Shown: positions 26,694 through 39,341, numbered from the stretch's first letter. The stretch: DNA of 64,000 nt from Octopus sinensis (GCF_006345805.1 NC_043000.1:156674001-156738000), one strand, 5' to 3'. Notes: generated by a model not told the origin, from the sequence alone. Program-made: numbers and translations.

Positions 26694-27522
26694 AGTAATT
26701 TTTATTAACTTTTATAGCTTTAGAACTCTTATGAACTATACCACGGATTTAATTATTATTTTCCATCTCCATATATGTTAGCCTTTTTTTTATATATAAA
26801 TAAAAAACTATTAGCCAAATATGTATAATATCGGTACTTATTGATATTAAATATATACACTATTATATATTTTGTTTTTATTTTTCTGTTTGCTTTCCTT
26901 TTTGTACAAATGTGTAGTATATTATATAAGTGTAGCTTTATGATATAAGTTTTTATATTTTACTTTTTTTATATTTTTTATATTATATGTATATGATTGT
27001 ATAATATTTTTTCACCATTATAACAATTTAATTTTAATTCTCTGAAGAGGCCGTGGGGCATCCTTGTTAATGCCTCATTTATACTGCCTTTATGGCTTAT
27101 AGGTTAAATATGAGGTATGACTGTCCTCACTGCCGAAACAGCTGTCAGTTTTGATGTTATTTGCATATTATATTGAAAAAAATTTTTTACTTATATCTCT
27201 TTATCTTTTTACTATTACTGTATATCTCATTTCATTTTATGTATTGCCTTTACTCATATGTAATGGTGTATTAAAGTATGGATTGAGTATCATCGGATAG
27301 TTGATGTTTTAACTGATTTAAGTATATTTCTCCATTCTCTAATTTTGTAGTATTAATTTACGGTAATATTATTACCTTTACCCATATAATGCAATAGATG
27401 AACTGATTGTTGACAATTGTTAACATCTATGTATTAAATTTGTTGGTTACCTATCTTGCAGTATATGGATATATATATCCCATGGTGGTTGAATTTCAAC
27501 CCCTATCTCATTTTTAATAACC
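26085..27522 (+). mobile_element. Penelope-like element remnant with inverted terminal segment and hammerhead motif
   Basis: 26085-26185 is the reverse complement of 27244-27349; HHR core at 27042-27146; ends embedded in (TA)n; no intact ORF. Confidence 0.6.
27036..27152 (+). ncRNA. Hammerhead ribozyme motif with long helix II and palindromic helix III
   Basis: CTGAAGA (27042-27048), then GGCCGTGGGG...CCTCACTGCC, then GAAA-CAGCTG-T-C. Canonical G10.1-C11.1 pair, perfect ACAGCTGT palindrome, GUC triplet; helix I weak (AATTCT/AGTTTT). Confidence 0.65.
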
Positions 27523-28124
27523 TATATATATATATATATATATAATATATATATATACACACATATTTTATTTTTACTTGTTTCAGTCATTTGACAGCTG
27601 CCATGCTGGAGCACCGCCCTATTTATACTATGTATGTGTGTGTGTGTGTGTGTGTGTGGTGTACAAATACGTACATGTATACATGCAGACACACACATGT
27701 GCACACACACTCACACATATATGCACACACACACTCACCCATATATCACATATCGTTATGCATCAAGCCAGAAGAAACATAGTTGACGCGTTCACACGTC
27801 AACAAACACTTGAATAACATTGTGCACTGGTGCTACCGTATCTGCACCGGAAGTGCACTCGGGTAGTCAGCCAGTAGCAACTCTACTGTAGACGTGCAGC
27901 ACGTGAACGCCAGTTTGGATGTACAGGAATGCATTCTACCGATATCAATTGGATCAATAAAGCCTTATTCTGATGAATAAGCTGCAACACACGGCAGCAG
28001 ACAGGCAGAGACACACAGATACATATCTGCGCATGACACATGCGTATACATCCTACATGCGCACCTACATGCGCATGCACCGTTTAGATGCGCAAAAATC
28101 CGAGGCAAAAGTAACGTCTTGTGC

Positions 28125-28651
28125 AAACACACACACACACACACACACACATAAACACACACAAACACACACACACACATACAAACACACACGCACACAC
28201 ACATACAAACACACACACACACATATAAACACACACACACACACATATAAACACACACACACACATACAAACACACACATACATATAAACACCACACACA
28301 CACACATACAAACACACACACACACATACAAACACACACACACACACATACAAACACACAAACACACACACACACACATACAAGCACACACACACATACA
28401 AATACACACACACATACAAACACACAAACACACACATACAAACACACACACACACATACAAACACACAATCACACACACACACACACATACAAACACACA
28501 CACACATATAAACACACACACACAAACACACACACACATACAAACACATACACACACACATACAAACACACACACACATACAAACACACACACATACAAA
28601 CACCACACATACAAACACACACACACACACACATAAAAGCACACACACACA

Positions 28652-28686
<35 letters not shown>

Positions 28687-28690
28687 ACAC
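28125..28690. repeat. (CA)n compound microsatellite with TACAAA interruptions
   Basis: Direct reading. Confidence 0.95.
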
Positions 28691-28784
28691 AGCTATATAG
28701 TTTGGGTGATAGATATAGGTCCATGGATACAGGCGAGGAATTTTAAATATTTATTATACACATGTTATTTTTACTTTTCTTCTC

Positions 28785-29150
28785 TCGGCACAAGGCTCGA
28801 AATTTTGGGGGAGGAGGCCGTCGATTAGATCGACTCCAGTACACAACTGGTACTTTATTTATCGACCCGAAAGGATAAAAGGAAAAGTCGACCTCGGCGG
28901 AATTTGAACTCAGAACATAAAGACAGACGAAATACTTATTTCTTTACTACCCACAAGGGGCTACACACAGAGGGGACAAACAAGGATAGACAAACGGATT
29001 AAGTCAATTATATCGACTATAGTGCGTAACTGGTACTTATTTAATCGATCCCGAAAGGATGAAAGGCAAAGTCGACCTCGGCGGAGTTTGAACTCAGAAC
29101 ATAAAGACAGACGAAATACTGCTAAGCATTTCGCCCGGCGTGCTAACGTT
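28785..29150 (-). mobile_element. Two adjacent SINE family B copies
   Basis: Two copies of GTCGACCTCGGCGGA(A/G)TTTGAACTCAGAAC; the second carries the tail TTTCTTTACTACCCACAAGGGGCTA. Confidence 0.85.
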
Positions 29151-29516
29151 TTATTCATAAAAATACTAATAACATAGAAATAGTTTGTGTTTTATGAACA
29201 TGGACAGGATGTGTTTTCGATGTTCAAATATTTCTCTGGTATTTTATTTTAGCGACGACGGGGAGAGGAAAAAGGAAGTTGACTTTGACGCAACTTGAAC
29301 TCAACCTAAAGAGCCAGAACTAAGTAAATGATAATACTTGCATCCACATGAACACATTACTTCAGATACATACGCACATACACAAACATATGTATGTACA
29401 CACACACACACCTACACACGTAGATATAGGCAAATACATACACACACATTTATAAAAACATGTATATAGATACATACATAAATACCTACATACATACATA
29501 CATATATATATATATA

Positions 29517-29917
29517 TCTTTATATATAAAAGTGAAGTTGTGTGTCTGTCTCCTACGATTTAGATTCCTAACTACTCCACACATTTGCGGTGCAGTTTAA
29601 CCAAACCGGGTATCATATAGTCGTGTTCATATCGAGCCCTTCTGGGTATTAGCGCGCGTCTACGATGAAGAGTCTACGATTAAAAAAACATTTACCATCA
29701 TTTTTTTTTTTTTCCATTTATGCATTTTTTCGCTATTATATGAGGGAAGTAACTCTCTAAAAATGTCTGCGATGAGTCAACGATTTAAAAAAAAATTTAC
29801 CATAATTTATTTTCCATTTTTAATGCATTTTTTTGCTATTTTTTGGCTATAACTCTCTAAAAATGCTTTATAGTTTATTTCCCTTACAAACCCGAGCAAC
29901 GCCGGGCGATACTGCTA

Positions 29918-29918
<1 letters not shown>
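29517..29918 (+). mobile_element. Non-autonomous Helitron (402 bp)
   Basis: A|TCTTTATATATAAAAG 5' end; 3' hairpin CCCG-AGCAACGC-CGGG followed 8 nt later by CTAG|T; internal ~100-bp direct duplication. Confidence 0.85.
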
Positions 29919-29963
<45 letters not shown>

Positions 29964-29976
29964 ATTCATTCTCTCA

Positions 29977-30352
29977 TTACCTCCGCCTTCGCTAAGGCGG
30001 AGGTATTGTTCCACTCCTGTTTTGCTTGTTTTTTTGTTGGTTTGTTGGTTTGTTTGTTTGTTTGTTTGTCCATGGACAAGATATCTGAAGAACCACCGGA
30101 TGGATTCGGATGAAACTTTCAGAGATTTTTGGCCTCGTGACGTGTACGAACTGATTAGATTTTGGGACCGACCCAGTATCGGACAAGGATTCTGGATTAC
30201 TTTTCTGATCTTTTTTTTTAAATTAATTTTTGAGAGCGGTTGGGTTCATTTTTCACATTCTCGTTTGGGAGAGCAAAATGTCATCTCTGACTATTCGTTG
30301 AGAGGACGCTGGCGCTGCCTTGGCTGAGGTCTGCGCTCTCTGAGTGCTCTAT
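29977..30352 (+). mobile_element. Helentron-associated (HINE/DINE-1-like) non-autonomous element
   Basis: 5' hairpin TACCTCCGCCTT-CGCT-AAGGCGGAGGTA, internal (GTTT)n, 3' sub-terminal GGCTGAGGT, then stem-loop GCGCTC-TCT-GAGTGC. Confidence 0.75.
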
Positions 30353-30711
30353 TCATTTAATGCATTTCAGCACAAAGGCTACAGCCATGCTGGAGCACTG
30401 CCACTGTAATTACCTATCCGTGGCCTCTCCAGGAGCTTTCATATGTATATCACTGCATGAAACTCCCGTCTTCGACAAACATTAGGCCTCACGTTAGATG
30501 GTTCGGATCGTACCAGGGATGCCACCGGTGAGTTTTTCCATCCAGATCTGGGGTTTTTTTTTTTAGCAATGATGGGTTTATGGGGTTTAATTTCCAAATT
30601 TATATTAAATCTGTGTTTTTAAGTTAGTTTTGGTTGCAAACTTATCTTTTAAAGAGAATTCGGTGTCATACCCTTTGTATGCAACATGTACCAAAGTTGC
30701 ACCTCTTTTAA

Positions 30712-30922
30712 TACTCTTTTACTCTTTTACTTGTTTCAGTCATTTGACTGCGGCCATGCTGGAGCACCGCCTTTAGTCGAGAAAATCGACCCCGGGACTT
30801 ATTCTTTGTAAGCCCAGTACTTATTCTATCGGTCTCTTTTGCCGAACCGCTAAGTGACGGGGACATAAACACACCAGCATCAGTTGTCAAGCAATGCTAG
30901 GGAGACAAACACAGACACACAA

Positions 30923-30955
<33 letters not shown>

Positions 30956-31112
30956 CGACAGGCTTCTTTCAGTTTCCGTCTACCAAATCCACTCACAAGG
31001 CATTGGTCGGCCCGGGGCTATAGTAGAAGACACTTGCCCAAGATGCCACGCAGTGGGACTAAACACGGAACCATGTGGTTGGTTAGCAAGCTACTTACCA
31101 CACAGCCACTGC
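30712..31112 (-). mobile_element. SINE family A, full length, inside the hAT
   Basis: Reverse complement of family A. Confidence 0.9.
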
Positions 31113-31411
31113 TGCTTTGTAAACTTTGTATGTATCATCCATTATCATCTCACGTAATGAATTTATCGATATAAATGTGATGTAATTACCGATCGTACGC
31201 ATTCATTATTTGTTTATACTTGTATCATATCGGGCAACTACAAGTGACAACGCGTTGGTGACCTCTTGTGCACTTGTCTGAAACTCTGAAACCGCCAGTT
31301 GACAGCTTGACTGTGTTGATGGTGTACGCTTTGATTGTTACTCGCGATTTAAAATTTGTCTAACAAACATTTTGAGTGAGTATTTTTGTCTTCGTAACCC
31401 TTTGCGAAGTA

Positions 31412-32143
31412 ATGGCAGACAATAGTATGTCCAAAAAAAGGAAGCGGTACACCCAAAATTTCAGGGAGTCGTGATTGGAGGATGCTGAGCTTAAAAATTG
31501 GTTACGGCAAGATGATAAAAATCTTAACACCTGCTACTGCGTTTGTTGCAACGTTGTGTTGGAAAATGCTAACAAATCAATGCTGATGGCTCATAAAAAC
31601 ACTGTCAAACACAAGAAAGCTTTTAAATGAGCGAAATCTTCTATTAAATTAAATTAATTTATTGTTAAAAAAAACAGATGATACATTAAATGAAAAAGTA
31701 GCTAAGGCAGACTTGCTTCTAACAGGTCATGTTTCTGAATATCACGTACTTTTCGTACATATAAATCACTTAGCTGAAATTTGTAAAAAGGCCTTTGCCG
31801 ATAGTAAAATAGCTAAAAATCTACAAATGTAAAAAATATAAGTAACATACTCCTAGGCGTAGGAGTGGCTGTGTGGTAAGTAGCTTGCTTGCCAACCACA
31901 TGGTTCCGAGTTCAGTCCCACTGCGTGGCACCTTAGGCGAGTGTTTTCTACTATAGCCTCGGTTCGACCAAAGTGGATTTGGTAGAAGGAAACTGAAAGA
32001 AGCTCGTCGTATATATATATATATATATAAAAGCAATTAAGATTCAAGTCAATTCTAATGAATTCACTTGAATATGGTACTTAACTTAGATGCACCAGAA
32101 AACTATATGGTGTTAACCAATACAGTAGTTGCTTCTTTTCTCG

Positions 32144-32184
<41 letters not shown>

Positions 32185-34050
32185 TGTGTGTGTGTGTGTG
32201 TGTGTAAATGTGTGTGTATGTTTGTGTGTCTGTGCTTGTCCCCCAACATCGTTTGACAACCGATGCTGGTGTGTTTACGTCCTCGTAACTTAGCGGTTCG
32301 GCAAAAGAGACCGATAGAATAAGTACTAGGCTTACAAAGAATAAGTCCAAAGATCAATTTTCTCGACTAAATGCGGTGCTCCAGCGTGGCCACAGTCAAA
32401 TGACTGAAACAAGTAAAAGAGAGAGTAAAGAGTATACACTATGCAAGACGGAATTGCACATTATGAACGAAATGAAATCTCGGAAATTCTCAAAAAACAA
32501 AAGTTTTCGTTATTGATAGATGAGAGTACAGACATCTCAGTGACATAAATCTTAGCAACAGTTGAATAATCGCTTAATGTCAAGGATATTCTTCTGGATG
32601 TAATTGTATTAGAGAATGGTTCGTCTCAGGGTGGGTTTGTACGATGCTGTCAAGACTGCGCTTACAAAAGATATATCTTTGAGCAACATACTTGGATCTA
32701 CCAGCGATAATTGCTCAACAATGACGGGTAACAAGACCGAGTTTCAAAAGTTATTGAGAAACGACATTCCGACTATATTTACAATAGGCTGTGTTTGCCA
32801 TTCGTTTGCACTTTGCTCAGGTCATGCAGTGAAGGTGTTACCTTCGTATTTCGAGTCCTTTTTAAAAGACTTAACTTCTTACTTTTCTCGAAGTAGCAAA
32901 CGTCAAAATGACTTCAGTATGATACGAAGTGTTGTTGGCACAAAAGAAAACAAAATTCCAAAGCTTCCACAAACTAGGTGATTGTCGTGTGAAAATGTAA
33001 TTAACATTATAATAGAATAGCGGGATACCCTTGTACTTTATTTCAGTCAGAGGCTAAAGTAGAAAAAGTGGACAGAGCAAAAAGGATCTATGAAACAATG
33101 ATTAACAAAGGGATGAAGCTGCTCTTCTTACATTATATATTAAAGAAAATAAATGCTCTCAATGACGAGTTTCAATCGGAATGCTTTCGACTACATCTGT
33201 TCCATACACTCGTATCCAGTGAATACAAAAGTATCCTCAGTTGCTTTATAAAAGAGGATGTTTTAAGCTATATCTAAGTTATTAGATATTGATCTTAATA
33301 ACATAACAAATCACAAATATATGAGTGATATTTACCTCGGTGGACGCACAATGAGATTTTTAGAACAAAACCCATCGTTGGTGACTCAGCTAGATTCAAC
33401 ACTGATTGCAAAGATATTTTAATAGAATTATGCTCTCAGATAAAAATGCGCTTTTTCTCGATGAAGCTGGGGTGTTTTCCCTCTTAGAAACATCTGATCC
33501 AAAAATAGCATGCGATCTCAATAACTCTCCTCAATCCATAATTCCCTTGGCATCAAACTTTCCACCAATTGCACCAGAAAACACACTTGATAAATTAGAC
33601 AATGAGTGGAGATTATTTCGGCAATATAAAAAAGATATTCCTGTCTCCTCAAAAAGAATCCCTGAATTCTGGTATTCCATAAGCAATCTTAAAGACGGTC
33701 ATGACCACACTAAATTTGAGAGGCTGTCATAATTAATTCAACGGTGTTACCTCATTCATCAGCATGCGTGGAGCGCATATTTTCCCAAGTAAATTACACA
33801 AAGACAAAGTTCACTAATTGGTTGAAGGCCAAAACGATCACTGATCGTCTTACTCGCTAAACAAGCAATTACAAGAAAGGGAGCGTCATGCATTTTTTGG
33901 GAGCCGAACGCTAAATTTATTAAAGACGTAGTGAATGGGTCTTGTCATCGTAGATATACGGGTAGATTGGACCCCAGAAAAGAAAATGAGACTATCACCA
34001 TTGAAGGAGTAAATGGAGATGATGTGAATATGCACGAAATTGACAATTAG
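31412..34050 (+). pseudogene. hAT transposase pseudogene
   Basis: N-terminal zinc finger CYCVCC..H....H (31412-31620), FSLLIDESTDIS (~32500), SDNCSTMTG and GCVCHSFAL (32616-32981), TR(W)LS, and C-terminal PHSSACVERIFSQV (~33750). Multiple stops and frameshifts plus a SINE insertion. Confidence 0.9.
31855..32434 (+). mobile_element. SINE family A inside the hAT transposase, with a 113-bp insert in its (TA)n
   Basis: Head 31855-32028, foreign segment ~32030-32143, tail 32170-32434. Confidence 0.85.
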
Positions 34051-34324
34051 CTGCCATATGATATAAAGTACTAAATTCTGTGTTCATATTGTCATATAAC
34101 ATTTTATCATTAAATTACCAATTATATACCTATTTTCTAACATCTGGGTTTATAAAATAGGATCTGGGTTTTTTGCAGCAAATAATCTGGGTGTTTTATT
34201 ATTTGATGAGTGGCAATCCTGGATCGTTTATAGTACGCTTACATAGTCGCGGTGGAATATTGTTCTTTCCGACGACTATAAAACTTGAAGTAGCTTACCC
34301 ACAACTTCCGCATTTATTAAATAA

Positions 34325-34360
<36 letters not shown>

Positions 34361-36129
34361 GCGTTATTGTCTATTAGCACATCAATCACTGTCGTCTTCT
34401 AAGCCGTCGACACCGTTACTAGTGTTTTCGGGTCATCTCTGTCTTCGCAAAGATCGTCTTTGATGCATTTCTGATTTTACACTTTTTTAATGGTAGCGGT
34501 CCATCCTCTTTGTTCAGATGCCCGACTGCTGTGTCATTCCCCCAATACTGACTTTGCCTATTAGCACACCTGAGCACTTGAACCTTCCAGTTAACGCTAC
34601 TTAATTACCAACAACCTCCTACTTGTTCCACACTTCTCACATAAAGCATTTGACTGGCTTGTTGACTAAAAAATCAGGTGGTTATATTTCACAGTGCTCG
34701 TTTAGTTTTTGATTGCTCGAGATATTTTTTCCTTGTTTCTGTTTTATGACCTGCTCTAATAATTTTAGTCTCATCCACAGACTCGGACACATCTACCATT
34801 CTTTTTCCACCAACATTTTCAAGCCTCTGCGTCCTTGCAATGCACACGAAGAACACTGGATGGGATAATTTCCCTCGGTTTAATTTTCTGTTTAAATATT
34901 AAAAGTGGGGTTCTTGCCGTCTTCACAACATCCCAGAATCAGCAGTATTGTCGAATTTTCCATGTCCAATATTTTATATGACGGTCTTTTGAACAGCTAT
35001 ATTTACTTGACACTACATCAATTATAAACATCATATCATTTATATTGTTTATTTGCTCTAGTTCATATTCAATTTCCTTATTGATGTCGTTCTGAGAAAC
35101 CAGGATTTTTGCTCCATGCTTTTCAAGAATATTCTGTGCAATCTGGGTCTTTATCTTAATCTTAAGTTATGGGGCTTGATGAAATGATTGCACCAAGATA
35201 ATGATGCAATCAACTGATATACTACCCTTTTCTGCTAATCCTTTTGCCTCGCACATTATCAACTTTGTTGAGACTGTATATTCTATAATTCTTCAGTGAT
35301 ACCCCATACTTTTATGTCGTCTTCTTGTGGTATTCTTGCTTCTTTTCGAAGAAATCTATGTGTTTTCTCTCTCTCTATTTATTTCGTTACCATCCCTTGT
35401 TTTCTCCATTCACTAATTACGATTCCCTTATAACTGTGGCCCATTCTATTGTTCAGATACCCGATTGTACTGTCGTCTGGTATACCCAACAACTCATTGC
35501 ATATAACTAATTGTGTGTTATATCTGCCTTGTTATATCTGCTAATGTGTATGCTGTAAAGGGATATTGTCAGCTAAATAACTAAAATGTCAGCTAACAGT
35601 TTGTTCCTATTCAACGGAGCATCAATCACAACAATTAGATTTCTCTTACTGGTGCCGGCAAATCATTGTAAACTTATTTCTAGTTACTATCAATACACTA
35701 AATAACTAATAAGCTTTATAATCATGCTCTTGGGATATATTTATTAGATGTAAATTTGCGATTGTCAGCTTATAGTATAAGACTGGAGTGCTTGTAAGGG
35801 TTTGGCCCAATTGTCAGTCTCTGCTATAACCTGGCTAATATTGTTGTAAGATGCAGGGAGAATTTTGGAGGTTCTTCAGACAAAAGTTTCTTAGCAACAG
35901 GAAATAGCGTGTGAGTGTACGTATGTACACGCACACACACACACTCATACTCACACGCGCACACAAACACGCACACACAAACACGCACAAACACACACAC
36001 ATACATATATATACGTATAGAAATATATATTCGGTTCGTCCACCTTTCAAAGGGAAAGATAAGCCATAAGCTTTAAACATAGAGGGATTTATTTAATCAG
36101 TGATTTAGTTGTTGTTTAGTTCCTGTCTC

Positions 36130-37215
36130 TTTCTTCTGTCATCTTGGGAGCAGATCCATTATTCCTTGCTCAAAGAATTTCCTCTCGTTACAGGCGAAAA
36201 AGTCTTCCAGGTGAACTTGTACAACCTTTGGCGAGCTGAAGATCTGCCCATTCAATGAAGTTTGAAAACACCGTAACAGGTGGAAATCTGAAGACAACAA
36301 TGTCGGACAAATGTGGAAAGTAAAAAAAAACTTCCCATCCAAGCTCCAGTAGCGTTTGTAGCGTCCACAAAGAAGTGTTTGGACTGGCTTTGACGTGATG
36401 AAAGACAGCACCATTACGATTAGCAAGTTCTGGAAGCTTCCTGTGAATCGCTACATTTTATTTGTCTGCCTGGTTACAGTACACAACCAAATTCATGGTT
36501 CTGTTTGAGGCATAGAGCTCGTAAAAGGACAACACCCTTTCAATCCACTAAATGGGAAACATAATTTTCATCGAATGAAATCCTGCTTTGAAGGCTGCTT
36601 GTGGTGATCCGTTGTCTTTCCCATATCATTCTCACATTATCTTCTTATAGACGATCCATTTTCTCCACCTGTCATTATTCTGTTCAAGAAAAAAATATCG
36701 TTTTCTTTACTACCCACAAGGGGCTAAACGTAGAGGAGACAAACAAGGACAGACAGACGGATTAAGTCGATTATATCAACCCCAGTGCGTAACTGGTACT
36801 TAATTTATCGACCCCGAAAGGATGAAAGGCAAAGTCGACCTCGGCGGAATTTGAACTCAGAACGTAACGGCAGACGAAATACTGCTAAGCATTTCGCCCG
36901 GCGTGCTAACGATTCTGCCAGCTCGCCTCAAGAAAAATTATCGTTTTCTTTACGCACCTCCAACGAACCGCAGGTAGACATTCGTTGGGCCATGTTCTCT
37001 CCATTCAATTGATATGGGACCCAAACATCGTCCCAGCTGACGTAATCAATTGATGCTGATGGCGTTCATCACTCGATTTGGATACATTGGTGAATATCTG
37101 CGATCATCCTGGTCGCTTAACGGGGTTTGGTCTCGATTAATTCTTTCACTTTGTCTTGATCTCAGTCACCCGCTCGGAGCGAGGGGCATTTGAAGGGAAA
37201 TAATATTACTCGAGA
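36130..37215 (-). pseudogene. Mariner (DD34D-type) transposase pseudogene split by a SINE
   Basis: Minus strand: WVPYQL linker, FLNRIMTG.EKWIVY, LLELGWEV, SDFHLLRCFQTSLNG..FFEQGIM.L..R; frameshifted. Confidence 0.85.
36703..36928 (-). mobile_element. SINE family B, full length, with TSD
   Basis: Flanked by CAAGAAAAAAATATCGTTT / CAAGAAAAATTATCGTTT. Confidence 0.9.
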
Positions 37216-37341
37216 GAAATACTGAGAACAACTTCCGCAGTATACGTTCCTTAACAGCTTCCTCTCTATGCACAGCAAATAGCTCTCTTTCCATTTACGC
37301 ATTTCACACGCTCGTATATGTGCGTGCGAAATGTGTGTGCA

Positions 37342-37377
<36 letters not shown>

Positions 37378-37512
37378 TGTGTGTGTGTGTGTGCGCGAAC
37401 GCGGACGTTAATTTTGTTATTTCGAAAGTATCTATCACTACACTTCAAAGGGATTCAGTAATTCCTTGACAGTTTCTGAGTTTCCACATAAAGAAATGCG
37501 CGTGAGCGTGTT

Positions 37513-37544
<32 letters not shown>

Positions 37545-37795
37545 AGTTTAACAATTAAGGATAATCTCTAATAAGGGATCTTAACAAGAAATTATCGGGT
37601 AGCTAGCGTGAAAACCTCATAAAAGAAAAGAATCCGAAAATAATTTTTTTCTTTTGAACAAATTAATTATATCTATATGTATAGAGGGCATTATTACACA
37701 TAAATGCCTCACACTAGGAGGGACAAAGTCATTACTACCAAAAATTATACTAATCATACCCAAATGCAGTTTTTCAAAGCAAGACATTTAAAAAT

Positions 37796-37864
37796 GAATT
37801 ATGTTCTGTATCACCGTGATTTCACATACAACTTGCGTCTAATGATCGTCAGCAGAACTGATTC
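37796..37864 (-). ncRNA. Type I hammerhead ribozyme, array copy 1
   Basis: Reverse complement of GAATCA-GTTCTG-CTGACGA-TCATTAGAC GCAA GTTGTATGT-GAAA-TCACGGTGA-T-A-CAGAAC-ATAATTC; predicted cut between 37809 and 37808. Confidence 0.8.
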
Positions 37865-38265
37865 TGAATACATCATAAATAACCACCAACCTTATGTAGC
37901 GAAGACGAACAGACAACTGCTCACTCCGGCCAAGCATATGGAATGTTTATAAATCATATATCCGGTAAATGGCGGGCTTTTTACGAACTGCATGTCGGTA
38001 ATGAAAAGTATTTCGGAATAAGTTTAACAATTAAGGATAATCTCTTAATAAGGGATCTTAACAAGAATTATCGGGTAGCTAGCGTGAAAACCTCATAAAA
38101 AAAAGAATCCGAAAATATTTTTTTTCTTTTGAACAAATTAATTTATCTATATTGTATAGAGGGCATTATTACACATAAATGCCTCACACTAGGAGGGACA
38201 AGTCATTACTACCAAAAATTATATAATCATACCCATGCAGTTTTTCAAGCAAGACATTTAAAAAT

Positions 38266-38334
38266 GAATTATGTTCTGTATCACCGTGATTTCACATACA
38301 ACTTGCGTCTAATGATCGTCAGCAGAACTGATTC
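38266..38334 (-). ncRNA. Type I hammerhead ribozyme, array copy 2
   Basis: Identical motif; predicted cut between 38279 and 38278. Confidence 0.8.
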
Positions 38335-38792
38335 TGAATACATCATAAATAAACACCAACCTTATGTAGCGAAGACGAACAGACAACTGCTCACTCCGGC
38401 CAAGCACTGGAATGTTTACAAATCATATATCCGGTAAATGGCGGGCTTTTTACGAACTGCATGTCGGGTAATGAAAAGTATTTCGGAATAAGTTAACAAT
38501 TATATGATATAATTAATATTGTTCAAAAGAAAAAAAATTATTTTCGGATTCTTTTCTTTTATGAGGTTTTCACGCTAGCTACCGATAATTTCTGTTAAGA
38601 TCCCTTATTAAGAGATTATCCTTAATTGTTAACTTATTCCGAAATACTTTTCATTACCCGACATGCAGTTCGTAAAAAGCCCGCCATTTACCGGATATAT
38701 GATTTATAAACATTCCATGTGCTTGGCCGGAGTGAGCAGTTGTCTGTTCGTCTTCGCTACATAAGGTTGGGTGTTTATTTATGATGTATTCA

Positions 38793-38861
38793 GAATCAGT
38801 TCTGCTGACGATCATTAGACGCAAGTTGTATGTGAAATCACGGTGATACAGAACATAATTC
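38793..38861 (+). ncRNA. Type I hammerhead ribozyme, array copy 3
   Basis: CTGACGA 38805-38811, GAAA 38834-38837, helix I GTTCTG/CAGAAC; predicted cut after 38848 (AUA). Confidence 0.8.
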
Positions 38862-39272
38862 ATTTTTAAATGTCTTGCTTTGAAAAACTGCATTTGGGTA
38901 TGATTAGTATAATTTTTGGTAGTAATGACTTTGTCCCTCCTATGTGAGGCATTTATGTGTAATAATGCCCTCTATACAATATAGATATAATTAATTTGTT
39001 CAAAAGAAAAAAAATTATTTTCGGATTCTTTTCTTTTATGAGGTTTTCACGCTAGCTACCCGATAATTTCTTGTTAAGATCCCTTATTAAGAGATTATCC
39101 TTAATTGTTAAACTTATTCCGAAATACTTTTCATTACCCGACATGCAGTTCGTAAAAAGCCCGCCATTTACCGGATATATGATTTATAAACATTCCATGT
39201 GCTTGGCCGGAGTGAGCAGTTGTCTGTTCGTCTTCGCTACATAAGGTTGGTGGTTTATTTATGATGTATTCA

Positions 39273-39341
39273 GAATCAGTTCTGCTGACGATCATTAGAC
39301 GCAAGTTGTATGTGAAATCACGGTGATACAGAACATAATTC
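39273..39341 (+). ncRNA. Type I hammerhead ribozyme, array copy 4
   Basis: Identical motif; predicted cut after 39328. Confidence 0.8.

Larger units (their letters stand above)
30514..34221 (+). mobile_element. Full-length inactivated hAT DNA transposon
   Basis: TIRs CAGGGATGCCAC (30514) and GTGGCAATCCTG (34210-34221), 10/12 match; 8-bp TSD GATCGTAC / GATCGTTT; sub-terminal ATCTGGG repeats at both ends. Confidence 0.9.
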
